The notes beneath the pieces were generated by a model, which made no database searches, had not been told where the DNA came from, and worked only from the letters and a program-made list of their open reading frames with translations. A DNA stretch of 64,000 nucleotides from an uncultured bacterium (lineage in GTDB: Bacteria; Eisenbacteria; RBG-16-71-46; CAIMUX01), in contig CAZWSC010000047.1 in the NCBI GenBank assembly GCA_964636385.1, positions 33,576-97,575 of the forward strand. Reading direction: 5' to 3'. A program made the position numbers and the translations under genes. Below are positions 18,456 to 27,059 of this stretch, piece after piece (position 1 is the stretch's first letter; each line of letters opens with the position of its first letter).

Positions 18456-19547
18456 ATGAAAAGATGGATAGCTGTCGCAACCGTCCTTGTCGTATCGGCC
18501 GTCTGCCTGTTCGCCGTCCGACAGGGCCAGACCCGCGCAGAACAGGCCCCCCGCTCCGTGAAGGTCGCAATCGGAAGCATTGCCCAGGAGGCCCTGGCCA
18601 TCGGCAATGTTGTCCCGGAGCAGGAAATCTCCGTCAAGAGCAAGGTCCCCGGGATTGTCTCCAGGGTGCACGTCGAGGTGGGTGACATGGTCCGGGCAGG
18701 CGATCCGCTGATCGACATCCGGCCCGATCCCACACCGCTCGAGCGCGCCGAGGCCGAGCGCAATCACCAGCTCGCCCGCGTCATTGAGGACGGCGCCAGG
18801 CGGGAGCTGGAGAGGACAACACAGCTTGCCTCACGCGGACTCCTCCCGGAGAGAGAGCTTGACGGTGCGGTCCAGGCCTACGAAACCGCAAGGCTCAGGG
18901 CCAAGATCTCGGGGGAAAGGCTGCAACTGCTGAAGGAGGGGCGTGTCACCCTCGAGGGCGCGGAGGTCGGGAACCTGATCGGGGCGCCTGCAGCCGGCAC
19001 CGTCCTGAACATCGATGCCAGCCAGGGGGATCCGGTTGTTCCGCTCACCTCGTACCAGGCAGGCACGGTTCTACTGACCATGGCCGACATGGAAAAGCTG
19101 GTCTTCCGCGGGACCGTTGACGAGGTCGATGTCGGGAAGCTGGCGGAAGGACAGGTGGTCAGGTTCACAGTCGGCGCCCTTCCGGATGAGGATGTGCGCG
19201 GGGTTCTCCACCGCATCTCCCCCAAGGCGCGAAGGCAGGAGTCGACGACCCTCTTCGACGTGGAGGCTGAGATCACGCACGCGGGCGGGCAGATGCTTCG
19301 CGCCGGGTACTCCGCAACGGCCAGGATCGCGATCACCGAAGCAAACGACGTCCTCGTGATCCCCGAACGGCTCGTCCGCTTCGTGGACGGCGAGGCCTTC
19401 GTGCGGATTCCCGGCCCTGACGGAAAGCCTGTCGAGCAACAGATCGTGACCGGCCTCAGTGACGGGCTCTCGGTCGAGGTGAAGGAAGGGCTTTCGGAGG
19501 GGGACGAGGTTCTCGAACCGGATCCGAGCCCGCTCCACAAGAGGTAG
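18456..19547 (+). CDS. HlyD/MacA-type periplasmic adaptor (membrane fusion protein)
   Basis: This is the real part of track ORF 17730..19547. AGGAGG SD and ATG at 18456. N-terminal TM helix, biotinyl-lipoyl-like VSRVHVEVGDMVRAGDPLIDI, and a coiled-coil region. Confidence 0.8.
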   Translation: MKRWIAVATVLVVSAVCLFAVRQGQTRAEQAPRSVKVAIGSIAQEALAIGNVVPEQEISVKSKVPGIVSRVHVEVGDMVRAGDPLIDIRPDPTPLERAEAERNHQLARVIEDGARRELERTTQLASRGLLPERELDGAVQAYETARLRAKISGERLQLLKEGRVTLEGAEVGNLIGAPAAGTVLNIDASQGDPVVPLTSYQAGTVLLTMADMEKLVFRGTVDEVDVGKLAEGQVVRFTVGALPDEDVRGVLHRISPKARRQESTTLFDVEAEITHAGGQMLRAGYSATARIAITEANDVLVIPERLVRFVDGEAFVRIPGPDGKPVEQQIVTGLSDGLSVEVKEGLSEGDEVLEPDPSPLHKR

Positions 19548-19595
19548 TCGCACGGGCTCCGGGCCTGTACCACTTCCATCCACAGCGAGGCGGAA

Positions 19596-20822
19596 ATGCA
19601 GATCAGGATCATCCTCTCCCAGTTCTTCAGGGATCTGAAGGCCCAGAAGCTCAGGACCGGGCTGACCCTGTTCGGCCTCGGCTGGGGAACCTTCTGCGTC
19701 GTGATCCTGCTAAGCTTCGGGGAAGGGATCCACATCAGGCAGAGACAGGACACCGCCTCGACCGGCGATCGCAACATCCTGGTCTGGGGATCCCGCACCT
19801 CCCTCCCGTACGAGGGGATACCGCAGGGCCGGGCGATCCGCCTGCAGGGGACCGACGCAGATGCGATCCTCACAGGCGTGTCGGGCGTGACCGAGTCGGT
19901 CGCGGAGTACCAGGGATATGCCCCCATGCGCGGTCCGGGAGGGGAGAGCGCCACGAGCATAAGCGGCGTCACCCCCGGATACGGCCCGATCCGCAAGGTG
20001 GAGCCTGAACCGGGCGGGCGTTTCCTGAACGACACAGACCAGCGCGAACGCCGCCGCGTCGCCTTCCTGGGATCACAGGTCCGCGAGGACCTCTTCGGCG
20101 ACCTTCCCGCAATCGGAGGCACGATCGAGATCCGCGGGATCCCCTTCCTGGTTGTGGGGACCATGGCCAGGAAGCGCCAGAACTCCAACTACAGCGGGCC
20201 GGACGACAGGAAGGTCTTCATCCCTTCATCCGTCGCAACCGCCTCTCTCGGCATTCAACGACCGAACAACCTGGTCGTCGAAGTGGCCGAGGGTGTCGAC
20301 GGAAAGCAGGCAGTCGGGGAGATCCGCGGGGTGCTGGCACGGCGGCACCGGTTCGATCCCTCCGACGATGCGGCACTGACCATCTGGGATATGGGTGAGA
20401 CCATTGCCATGTTCGACAAGGTGTTCACCGGGTTCCGGGCCTTCCTCATGATGGTCGGGGTCTTCACACTGGCGGTTGCCGGAATCGGCGTCGCCAACAT
20501 CATGAGCATGGTGATCGAGGACCGGACCTCCCAGATCGGCATCTCCATGGCGCTCGGTGCGCGACGGGGATGGGTGCTGACACAGGTTCTCCTCGAGACC
20601 CTCCTCGTGACCCTGATAGGCGGCGGACTGGGCGCCGTCCTGTCCGCTGCGGTCATAGCCGCAGCCTCCATGCTGCCGATCGAGCAGATCGGAACTCCCG
20701 TACTCTCCATGCAGACCACCCTGCTGACAGCCGGCGTGCTGGGCATCATAGGGATCATCGCCGGGATGGGCCCCGCAAGGCGCGCCGCGCACATGCGGCC
20801 TGCCGAAGCGTTGAGGAGCTGA
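19596..20822 (+). CDS. MacB/FtsX-type ABC transporter permease (paralog 1)
   Basis: 408 aa. N-terminal TM helix, a large periplasmic domain and a C-terminal FtsX 3-TM bundle (GIGVANIMSMVIEDRTSQIGISMALGA). Confidence 0.8.
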   Translation: MQIRIILSQFFRDLKAQKLRTGLTLFGLGWGTFCVVILLSFGEGIHIRQRQDTASTGDRNILVWGSRTSLPYEGIPQGRAIRLQGTDADAILTGVSGVTESVAEYQGYAPMRGPGGESATSISGVTPGYGPIRKVEPEPGGRFLNDTDQRERRRVAFLGSQVREDLFGDLPAIGGTIEIRGIPFLVVGTMARKRQNSNYSGPDDRKVFIPSSVATASLGIQRPNNLVVEVAEGVDGKQAVGEIRGVLARRHRFDPSDDAALTIWDMGETIAMFDKVFTGFRAFLMMVGVFTLAVAGIGVANIMSMVIEDRTSQIGISMALGARRGWVLTQVLLETLLVTLIGGGLGAVLSAAVIAAASMLPIEQIGTPVLSMQTTLLTAGVLGIIGIIAGMGPARRAAHMRPAEALRS

Positions 20823-20825
20823 GCC

Positions 20826-22076
20826 ATGAGTGGATGGAAACAGGGTCTCTCGCTCACGTGGCGTTCACTGGGGCGGAGGAAGTCCCGCCCCACGTCGATC
20901 CTGCTGGCGGTCGCATGGGGAACCCTGTCGATGGTGTTCCTCCTGGCCTTCGCCGAGGGGATGAAGCGCCAGATGACACTCGGGCAGGACGGGCTGTCAT
21001 CAGGGGCGGTCATCCTCTGGCCCGGATCGACTACAAAGGCCTGGGAAGGGATGAGGGCCGGCCGCGCCATCCGGCTAGAGGCTGCCGATGTCGATCTCCT
21101 CAGGCTGAAGGTGCCCGAGCTGGAGCATGTCGCCGGCGAGAGGCAATCCTGGGCGGTGGATCTGCGGGCCGGGGACAGGTCGGCATCGGCCCGTGTCACG
21201 GGTGTTCCGCCGTGCTTCGAGGTGATCCGGGCTCACCATCCACAGCCCGGAGGCAGATTTCTCAACGACAAAGACGAGGAACAGAGACGCCGCTCGATCT
21301 TCCTGGGCCACGAGCTGAAGGAGGAGCTGTTCGGCGCGGAGGAGGCTGTGGGCAGGACGGTCCTTGTGCGGGGAGTGCCGTTCACAGTCGTCGGGATTCT
21401 GGTGGAGAAGATCCAGATGGGGATGTACAGCGGACCCGACTCACAGAAGGCAAGCATTCCCCTGTCCACATTCGAGGCCCTGTTCGGGCCGGGCCGGTAC
21501 AACACTCTCCTCTACACTGTGAAACCTCCCCACAGCACAGCCGGGCTCGAGACCAGGGTGCGCGAAGTCCTTGCCGGCCGCCAGCACTTCGACCCTGCAG
21601 ACAAGTCGGCCCTGCACTTCTGGGACACGGCCGCGCACCGCGAGACCTTCAACAAGGTCACGGGCGGCATGCAGCTGTTCATGGGGATTACCGGGGCGAT
21701 GACGTTGCTGGTGGCAGGTGTGGGCCTTGCAAACATGCTTTTCGTCTCGGTCCGGCGCCGGACCCGCGAGATCGGCCTTCAGATGGCGATAGGGGCGAGG
21801 AAGTCGGCCGTCATGTCCCAGATCCTCGGTGAATCCCTGCTCATGGCGGGGATCGGAGGCTACCTCGGTATCGGGGCCGCGTGGATTCTCATAGAAGCCT
21901 TCCTGCAGATCCCGGTTCAGAGCCAGGTCTTCGAGTTCATCGGTAAGCCCGTTCTGTCCCTCCCGCTCGGGGTGCTGACTGTCCTGGTCCTCGTCGGGAT
22001 AGCCTGCCTGGCGGGCCTCTTCCCGGCGCGCAGGGCGGCGGGCATGAACCCTGTGGAGGCATTGCGTCATGAGTAG
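20826..22076 (+). CDS. MacB/FtsX-type ABC transporter permease (paralog 2)
   Basis: 416 aa with the same architecture (GVGLANMLFVSVRRRTREIGLQMAIGA) and ending in PVEALRHE. Confidence 0.8.
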   Translation: MSGWKQGLSLTWRSLGRRKSRPTSILLAVAWGTLSMVFLLAFAEGMKRQMTLGQDGLSSGAVILWPGSTTKAWEGMRAGRAIRLEAADVDLLRLKVPELEHVAGERQSWAVDLRAGDRSASARVTGVPPCFEVIRAHHPQPGGRFLNDKDEEQRRRSIFLGHELKEELFGAEEAVGRTVLVRGVPFTVVGILVEKIQMGMYSGPDSQKASIPLSTFEALFGPGRYNTLLYTVKPPHSTAGLETRVREVLAGRQHFDPADKSALHFWDTAAHRETFNKVTGGMQLFMGITGAMTLLVAGVGLANMLFVSVRRRTREIGLQMAIGARKSAVMSQILGESLLMAGIGGYLGIGAAWILIEAFLQIPVQSQVFEFIGKPVLSLPLGVLTVLVLVGIACLAGLFPARRAAGMNPVEALRHE

Positions 22077-22794
22077 TCAGCCACACCCCGTTGTGATGAT
22101 GTCGGGCATCAGCAAGGTCTACAGGAGCGGCCCCGTCGAGGTGGAGGCGGTGCGGAGCCTGGACTTCAGCGTCTCCGAGGGCGAGATGGCCGCGATCATC
22201 GGCCCTTCGGGTTCGGGCAAGTCAACGCTGATGAACCTGATCGGCTGCCTCGACCTTCCGACCTCCGGCACCTACGAGTTCGACGGCAGCGACATTGCGG
22301 GGCTTTCCCATGAACGCCTCGCCGACCTGCGCAACCGCTCAATCGGCTTCGTCTTCCAGTCATTCCACCTCCTCCCCCACGCGACGGCCCGGGAGAACGT
22401 GGAGATGCCGCTGCTCTTCGCAGGAGTGCCCGCGGCCAGGCGTACGGAACGGGCCATGAAGATGCTGGAACGCGTCGGTCTGGCCGGCCGCGCAGGCCAC
22501 CTACCGAACCAGCTGTCGGGGGGAGAGATGCAGCGCGTGGCGGTCGCCCGCGCCCTCGCGAACAACCCTCGTGTGATACTCGCAGACGAGCCGACGGGGA
22601 ATCTCGACAGCAGGACCGGAAGGGGGATACTGGAACTCTTCACGACACTGTGGCAGTCCGGAACGACGATCATCCTGATCACCCACGACCTGGGTCTCGC
22701 CAGGATCTGCCCCCGCGTCGTCAAGATGGAAGACGGACGCATCGTGCACGACGGAAGTGAGCTTCCGGCTGAGGAGGTCTCGTCCCTCGCCTGA
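22069..22794 (+). CDS. ABC transporter ATP-binding protein (MacB/LolD-like)
   Basis: GPSGSGKST (Walker A), LSGGEMQRVAVARAL (signature) and ILADEPTGNLD (Walker B). Overlaps the preceding gene by 8 nt. Confidence 0.92.
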   Translation: MSSQPHPVVMMSGISKVYRSGPVEVEAVRSLDFSVSEGEMAAIIGPSGSGKSTLMNLIGCLDLPTSGTYEFDGSDIAGLSHERLADLRNRSIGFVFQSFHLLPHATARENVEMPLLFAGVPAARRTERAMKMLERVGLAGRAGHLPNQLSGGEMQRVAVARALANNPRVILADEPTGNLDSRTGRGILELFTTLWQSGTTIILITHDLGLARICPRVVKMEDGRIVHDGSELPAEEVSSLA

Positions 22795-22885
22795 CAGGGA
22801 AGGGATCATGACCGCGGGATCCTGCCGGTACATGGCCGCGCTGCCATCCGCAGACGGCCGCACCGCCACACGCGATCAGCAGTGA

Positions 22886-24073
22886 CTACCCGCACATCTC
22901 CAGCGCTCTCTCCGCCAGCTTCTCCCCCGCAGCACGGCATTCAGCGAGGCATTCCTCCGTCGGCCTGAACTGCGACCGCAGGGGATCCGACATCATCTCC
23001 CAGCCGATCCCCTTCATCAGGTCGTGAAGCTCCGTGGCGCCCCCCTTCCCCCACCCGTAGGAGCCGAAGGCGAGCGCAGTCTTCCTCTTCGACGACAACC
23101 CCTTCAGATAAGTGAGCGCGGCTCCCGCCATCGGCATTATCGTCTGGTTGAGCGTTGACGATCCGAAGGCGACGCAGGCCGCGTCAAATGACTCGGTCGC
23201 GATTTCCGTAAGGTCCGACGAACGGATCGAGATCAGCTTCACATCAACACCGTCCCTGTTCGCGCCTTCCAGGATCGTGCGCGCCATCATCTCGGTCGAA
23301 CCCCACATCGAATCGTAGATGACCAGGACTTTCGGAATCGGCCTGTCGCTGGACCACTCCCTGTAGGCGGAGAGGATCGTATCCAGGTGTTTGCGCCATA
23401 CAACGCCATGCGAGGGAGCGATCATCCTGATATCCAGGCCCTTCAGGCTGTCCATGGCGCGGACCACCTGCGGGCCATAGGGGGAGACGATGTTGGCGTA
23501 GTACCGCTTCGCCTCGCGCATCAGGTTGGGCAGGCCGTTCTCGTCGTCGAACAGCTTCGGGAAGGCGTAGTGCTCCCCGAAGGCATCCATCGAGAAGAGG
23601 AGCCCTTCCTCCCTGACGTAGGTGGCCATCGACTCCGGCCAGTGCACCATCGGGGTGTCGGCGAAGGTCAGGCTACGTCTGCCCAGTGGGACTGTCTCCC
23701 CGGAAGCGACCACCCGGATCCTTGACTGGTCGATCTCGTAGTGCTTCCCGAGCGCAGCCCTGCACTTCGCATTGCACAGGAGCACGGCGTTCCTGCAGGC
23801 GGCCAGGGCGGCCGTGATCGACCCGGAGTGGTCCGGCTCCGCGTGATTGCTCACGATGAAGTCGACCGAATCGAGAGGCGCAAGCCCGGCGACCGACTTA
23901 AGGAAGGCGGACGCATACTGGGCCTTGACCGTGTCGATGACGGCAGTCCTCTCATCGCGGACAAGGTAGGAGTTGTAGGTCGCCCCCTGGGCTGTCGTGT
24001 AGCTGTGAAAGTCGCGAACGGTCCAGTCGATGTAGCCGACCCAGTCTATATCGGGACACAGGGTCCTGTTCAT
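22886..24073 (-). CDS. Flavodiiron protein (metallo-beta-lactamase-like + flavodoxin-like domains)
   Basis: 395 aa. VSNHAEPDHSG is the di-iron HxExDH motif. The C-terminal flavodoxin module reads VLVIYDSMWGSTEMMA. Confidence 0.88.
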   Translation of the reverse strand: MNRTLCPDIDWVGYIDWTVRDFHSYTTAQGATYNSYLVRDERTAVIDTVKAQYASAFLKSVAGLAPLDSVDFIVSNHAEPDHSGSITAALAACRNAVLLCNAKCRAALGKHYEIDQSRIRVVASGETVPLGRRSLTFADTPMVHWPESMATYVREEGLLFSMDAFGEHYAFPKLFDDENGLPNLMREAKRYYANIVSPYGPQVVRAMDSLKGLDIRMIAPSHGVVWRKHLDTILSAYREWSSDRPIPKVLVIYDSMWGSTEMMARTILEGANRDGVDVKLISIRSSDLTEIATESFDAACVAFGSSTLNQTIMPMAGAALTYLKGLSSKRKTALAFGSYGWGKGGATELHDLMKGIGWEMMSDPLRSQFRPTEECLAECRAAGEKLAERALEMCG

Positions 24074-24109
24074 GATTGCCGCCTCTCAGGGGTTGTTTGG
24101 GCTGAGCTG

Positions 24110-24119
24110 TTCCCCGGTG
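24110..24119 (-). promoter_or_regulatory. Shared upstream element (gene orientation CACCGGGGAA) with its 5' end 46 nt before the flavodiiron ATG
   Basis: The plus strand reads TTCCCCGGTG at 24110-24119, identical to 24772-24781 and at the identical distance from the start codon. A flanking ACAACCC and an AGAGG SD are also shared. Confidence 0.35.
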
Positions 24120-24159
24120 GCGGAGGACCGCGCAATCGCACGGGCCTCCGCCCGGGATG

Positions 24160-24735
24160 CTACCAGTTCTCCGCGAGAAGCTCGAAGTGCGCCTGGGGAT
24201 GCGCACAGGCCGGGCAGCTTTCCGGCGCAGTCGTCCCGCTGTGGATGTACCCGCAGTTCTGGCACTTCCAGACGACTTCACTGTCCTTCCTGAAGACCGT
24301 CCCCTTCTCCACGTTTGCGAGGAGATCCAGATAGCGCTTCTCGTGCTGCTTCTCGGCGACCGAAACGGCGTCGAAGAGCTGCCCTATTGCCGGGAAGCCC
24401 TCTTCGCGGGCGGTGGCGGCAAATGCCGGGTAGAGCGTTGACCACTCCTCGTTCTCCCCGCACGCGGCGGCCTTCAGGTTCTCCGCGGTCGTCCCGATCA
24501 CCCCCGCAGGGAAGGTCGCCGTGATCTCCACGTCGCCGCCCTTCAGAAACTTGAAGAAACGCTTGGCGTGCTCGCGCTCCTGGTTGGCGGTCTCCTCGAA
24601 GATGTTCGATATCTGGACGTACCCTTCCTTCCTCGCCTGGCTGGAGAAGTAGGTGTACCGATTCCGGGCCTGTGACTCACCGGCAAATGCCTTCAGCAGA
24701 TTCTGTTCGGTCTTCGTTCCCTTCAGTTCAGCCAT
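24160..24735 (-). CDS. rbr: Rubrerythrin
   Basis: TEQNLLKAFAGESQARNRYTYF and EREHAKRF (di-iron ExxH), plus a C-terminal rubredoxin-like CQNCGY...CPAC. Confidence 0.93.
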   Translation of the reverse strand: MAELKGTKTEQNLLKAFAGESQARNRYTYFSSQARKEGYVQISNIFEETANQEREHAKRFFKFLKGGDVEITATFPAGVIGTTAENLKAAACGENEEWSTLYPAFAATAREEGFPAIGQLFDAVSVAEKQHEKRYLDLLANVEKGTVFRKDSEVVWKCQNCGYIHSGTTAPESCPACAHPQAHFELLAENW

Positions 24736-24771
24736 CTTTCCCTCTTCCTCTGTTGGGTTGTCTGTTCAGTC

Positions 24772-24781
24772 TTCCCCGGTG
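24772..24781 (-). promoter_or_regulatory. Shared upstream element (gene orientation CACCGGGGAA) with its 5' end 46 nt before the rubrerythrin ATG
   Basis: The plus strand reads TTCCCCGGTG at 24772-24781. See the paired copy at 24110-24119. Confidence 0.35.
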
Positions 24782-24826
24782 CGGGCAGGTCCTTGCGGAC
24801 GGAACCCCCATGGCGGGCTTTCCGGA

Positions 24827-25213
24827 TCAGCCTTCTGTGCTCCAGGGCCCGTGGATGTTGCAGAACTCGCGTGCCGCGAGTTTACCGCCCGAGACCCCCG
24901 GGAAGAACGCCTCCGGAGGATCGCCGGGCGACAGGTAGCTACGGTGCTCCCTGCCGTCGGCTACCAGCTCGATCCACTGGATGTAGTGCTTGTCGATCAT
25001 CGGATGCGGGGTCGAGCCGACAACAACGCGGACACCGCCCTCCTTCGTCTCGATGACGGGCACGTGCTTCTCGGTGGAGGAGTCGGCAGTGCTGACCTTC
25101 ATGAGCTTCATCGGCTCACCGCAGCAGATCAGATCCCCTCCTCCCGCAACGAGCACCTCGACGATGTTGCCGCAGATGTCGCACTTGTAGATCTGTTTAG
25201 TCTCGATTGGCAT
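24827..25213 (-). CDS. dfx: Desulfoferrodoxin (2Fe superoxide reductase)
   Basis: The N-terminal desulforedoxin motif is [12 protein letters not shown]...CCG. The SOR centre shows EKHVP, HPM and CNIHG. Confidence 0.92.
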   Translation of the reverse strand: MPIETKQIYKCDICGNIVEVLVAGGGDLICCGEPMKLMKVSTADSSTEKHVPVIETKEGGVRVVVGSTPHPMIDKHYIQWIELVADGREHRSYLSPGDPPEAFFPGVSGGKLAAREFCNIHGPWSTEG

Positions 25214-25327
25214 GTTTCATCTCCTCCCTTGCTGTGAACTCCTTCAGTGGAGTTACGATCAGGCCCGGACCGTTCAGGACACAATTGGCTGGCGAAGCAG
25301 AGGCTCCATGAACAGTCCGGTCCGGCC

Positions 25328-25825
25328 CTATCCCTTCGCGGGGGGTGTGAAGACGCGCGTTCCCATCTCCTTGTCGAGCGCATACAGCATCCCGCCCTGG
25401 GCGATGTTCAGCTTGTCGATGACGTCGCGAGCGGAAGCCTCCTCTTCGACCTGCTCCGTGACGAACCACTGCAGAAACGCATTGGTCGCATGGTCCCTGG
25501 ACTTGATGGCAAGGTCCACCAGGTCGTTGATGCGGCCTGTGATGTACTGCTCGTGCTTCAGCGCGTCCGCGAAAGCGTCGGCCGGAGTCTTCCACTCCGA
25601 GGGCGGTTTCTCCATGGCACCGGGCTCCACCTTGCCGCCACGCTCCAGGATGTAGTCGTAGAACATCATCGCGTGCGTGTTCTCCTCCTGGGCCTGAATG
25701 CGCAGCCAGTTCGAAAAACCGTTCAGCCCCCTGGATGCGAGATCCGACGCCATGGCGAGATATAGGTATGCCGAGTACATCTCGGCCGTGAACTGCTCGT
25801 TCAGAGCCTTCATCATCTGGTCCAT
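25328..25825 (-). CDS. ftn: Non-heme ferritin
   Basis: LNEQFTAEMYSAYLYLAMA and QAQEENTHAMMFYDY ferroxidase-centre motifs. 165 aa. GGAGGA SD. Confidence 0.9.
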   Translation of the reverse strand: MDQMMKALNEQFTAEMYSAYLYLAMASDLASRGLNGFSNWLRIQAQEENTHAMMFYDYILERGGKVEPGAMEKPPSEWKTPADAFADALKHEQYITGRINDLVDLAIKSRDHATNAFLQWFVTEQVEEEASARDVIDKLNIAQGGMLYALDKEMGTRVFTPPAKG

Positions 25826-26450
25826 ATCCTTTTCCTCCTCGGAGAATCCTCCCCCGGCTTCAGGCGGACACCTGTCACCGGGGGGACTTCAATCCCTGTC
25901 GAACCGGGAAGGATAACGCCAGCCTTGGCCGCGTATCAAGGGAGAGCTGACGGCGAGCTCAAGGCTCCTGACCGGACCAACTCCTGGTGAAAGTGCAGGC
26001 TGGGCAGGCGGAACTCTGACTCCTGTGAGTTGCTACTGCGACAGGCTTTCGGCAAGGCCGGTCGGACCGGATCATCCATGATCCGGGCTGCCGGCGGCTG
26101 AGAGGATCAGCATCGACCGGGCAATCCCGTTGCGGGTCCACTCTGCGAAACTGCCGACGTAGTTGCGGTCATCGTGGAAGCCTGAATGAACAAGGGCCAT
26201 TGCCACGAATGATGACAGCTTCCCGAGGCTCGATGATGACCGGGAAGGAGTCGGCCTGCGGGCCGGTTCGCACGGCATGTGTAAAACAGCCAGTTGCCGC
26301 CAGGGCCAGTATGAGTGCGATGGCGGACGGATGGTTGAGTCTCTCCACTGTGCTGACTCCTCTCCGCGATATCATCTCTGGAAGGCTGCGGGGCGGAAAG
26401 GGGAGCATGTTTCCTGACCTGCCGCTGCGCTGGGAGAACAGGGCAGCCAC

Positions 26451-27059
26451 TCAGCAGGCGCACCTGGCCCGTGAGAGGATCACCACCCTTCGGCCATCCG
26501 CGTAGATCAGCCGCAGGCCCATCCGGCAGGCGATCCAGGCGAATGTCTCCATCGTATAGAACGCCACGTGCGTCGGGTCCGATGTGTAATGCCATTGCGC
26601 CGGGGTGGAACCGGGTGGTCGGAACTCGGTCATAACGCCCAGGACTCCGCCCGGGCGCAGCAGGGCAACCAGGCGCGCGATCTCAGCCCCGGGTTCGTGG
26701 AAGTGCTCGAAGACCTCTGCGCATGCCGCGAAGTCATATGGCGGGGCGGGATCACGGGGATCGAAGACAGGATCGTATCCGTCGCAGATGAAACCGCGCT
26801 CCCGGAGCATGCCTGCGAGCACCCCGCCCGGCCCGCTCCCGTAGTCGATGCCGCGGCTGCCTGGATCCAGGAGCCTGCACAAAGGGTCGGCGAGTTGCCC
26901 GAGGAAACGCACGTAGCCCTCGTCGCCGGGATCGTTGCGATGCAGTCGATACCGTGCAGCCTCTGCATCCGGGGCGATGTGAAAGCGCGGGGGCACGTGA
27001 ATGAGCGAGCAGACAGGGCAGGAACGGAACTCCCTGCCGTCCCGGCGCCCCGGCACCAT
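26451..27059 (-). CDS. Class I SAM-dependent methyltransferase; the true N-terminus is probably upstream of the first ATG
   Basis: IDYGSGPGG is SAM motif I, followed by FDFAACAEVFEHF and LLRPGGVLGV. The in-frame upstream codons encode CPLCG, which would pair with CPVC just after the ATG (see findings). Confidence 0.75.
   Translation of the reverse strand: MVPGRRDGREFRSCPVCSLIHVPPRFHIAPDAEAARYRLHRNDPGDEGYVRFLGQLADPLCRLLDPGSRGIDYGSGPGGVLAGMLRERGFICDGYDPVFDPRDPAPPYDFAACAEVFEHFHEPGAEIARLVALLRPGGVLGVMTEFRPPGSTPAQWHYTSDPTHVAFYTMETFAWIACRMGLRLIYADGRRVVILSRARCAC

Noticed and set aside
18878-21199. Long minus-strand ORFs (436 aa and 314 aa) across the exporter genes.
   Set aside because: They are Ser/Pro/Arg-rich shadow frames opposite clear HlyD and FtsX permease sequences.
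25900-25935. tRNA-like GGTTCGA string (minus strand CCCGGTTCGACAGGG).
   Set aside because: The flanking bases do not form a T-arm stem, and no acceptor or anticodon arms can be drawn. Other GGTTCGA-like strings (for example near 20350) lie inside well-supported CDSs.
26072-26278. Rhodanese-like C-terminal remnant (…FVAMALVHSGFHDDRNYVGSFAEWTRNGIA), possibly a frameshifted continuation of the small lipoprotein ORF.
   Set aside because: The resemblance is limited to ~30 residues. The active-site Cys loop and most of the domain are missing, and joining the two frames would still give a protein far too short. I cannot support a pseudogene call without a homology search.
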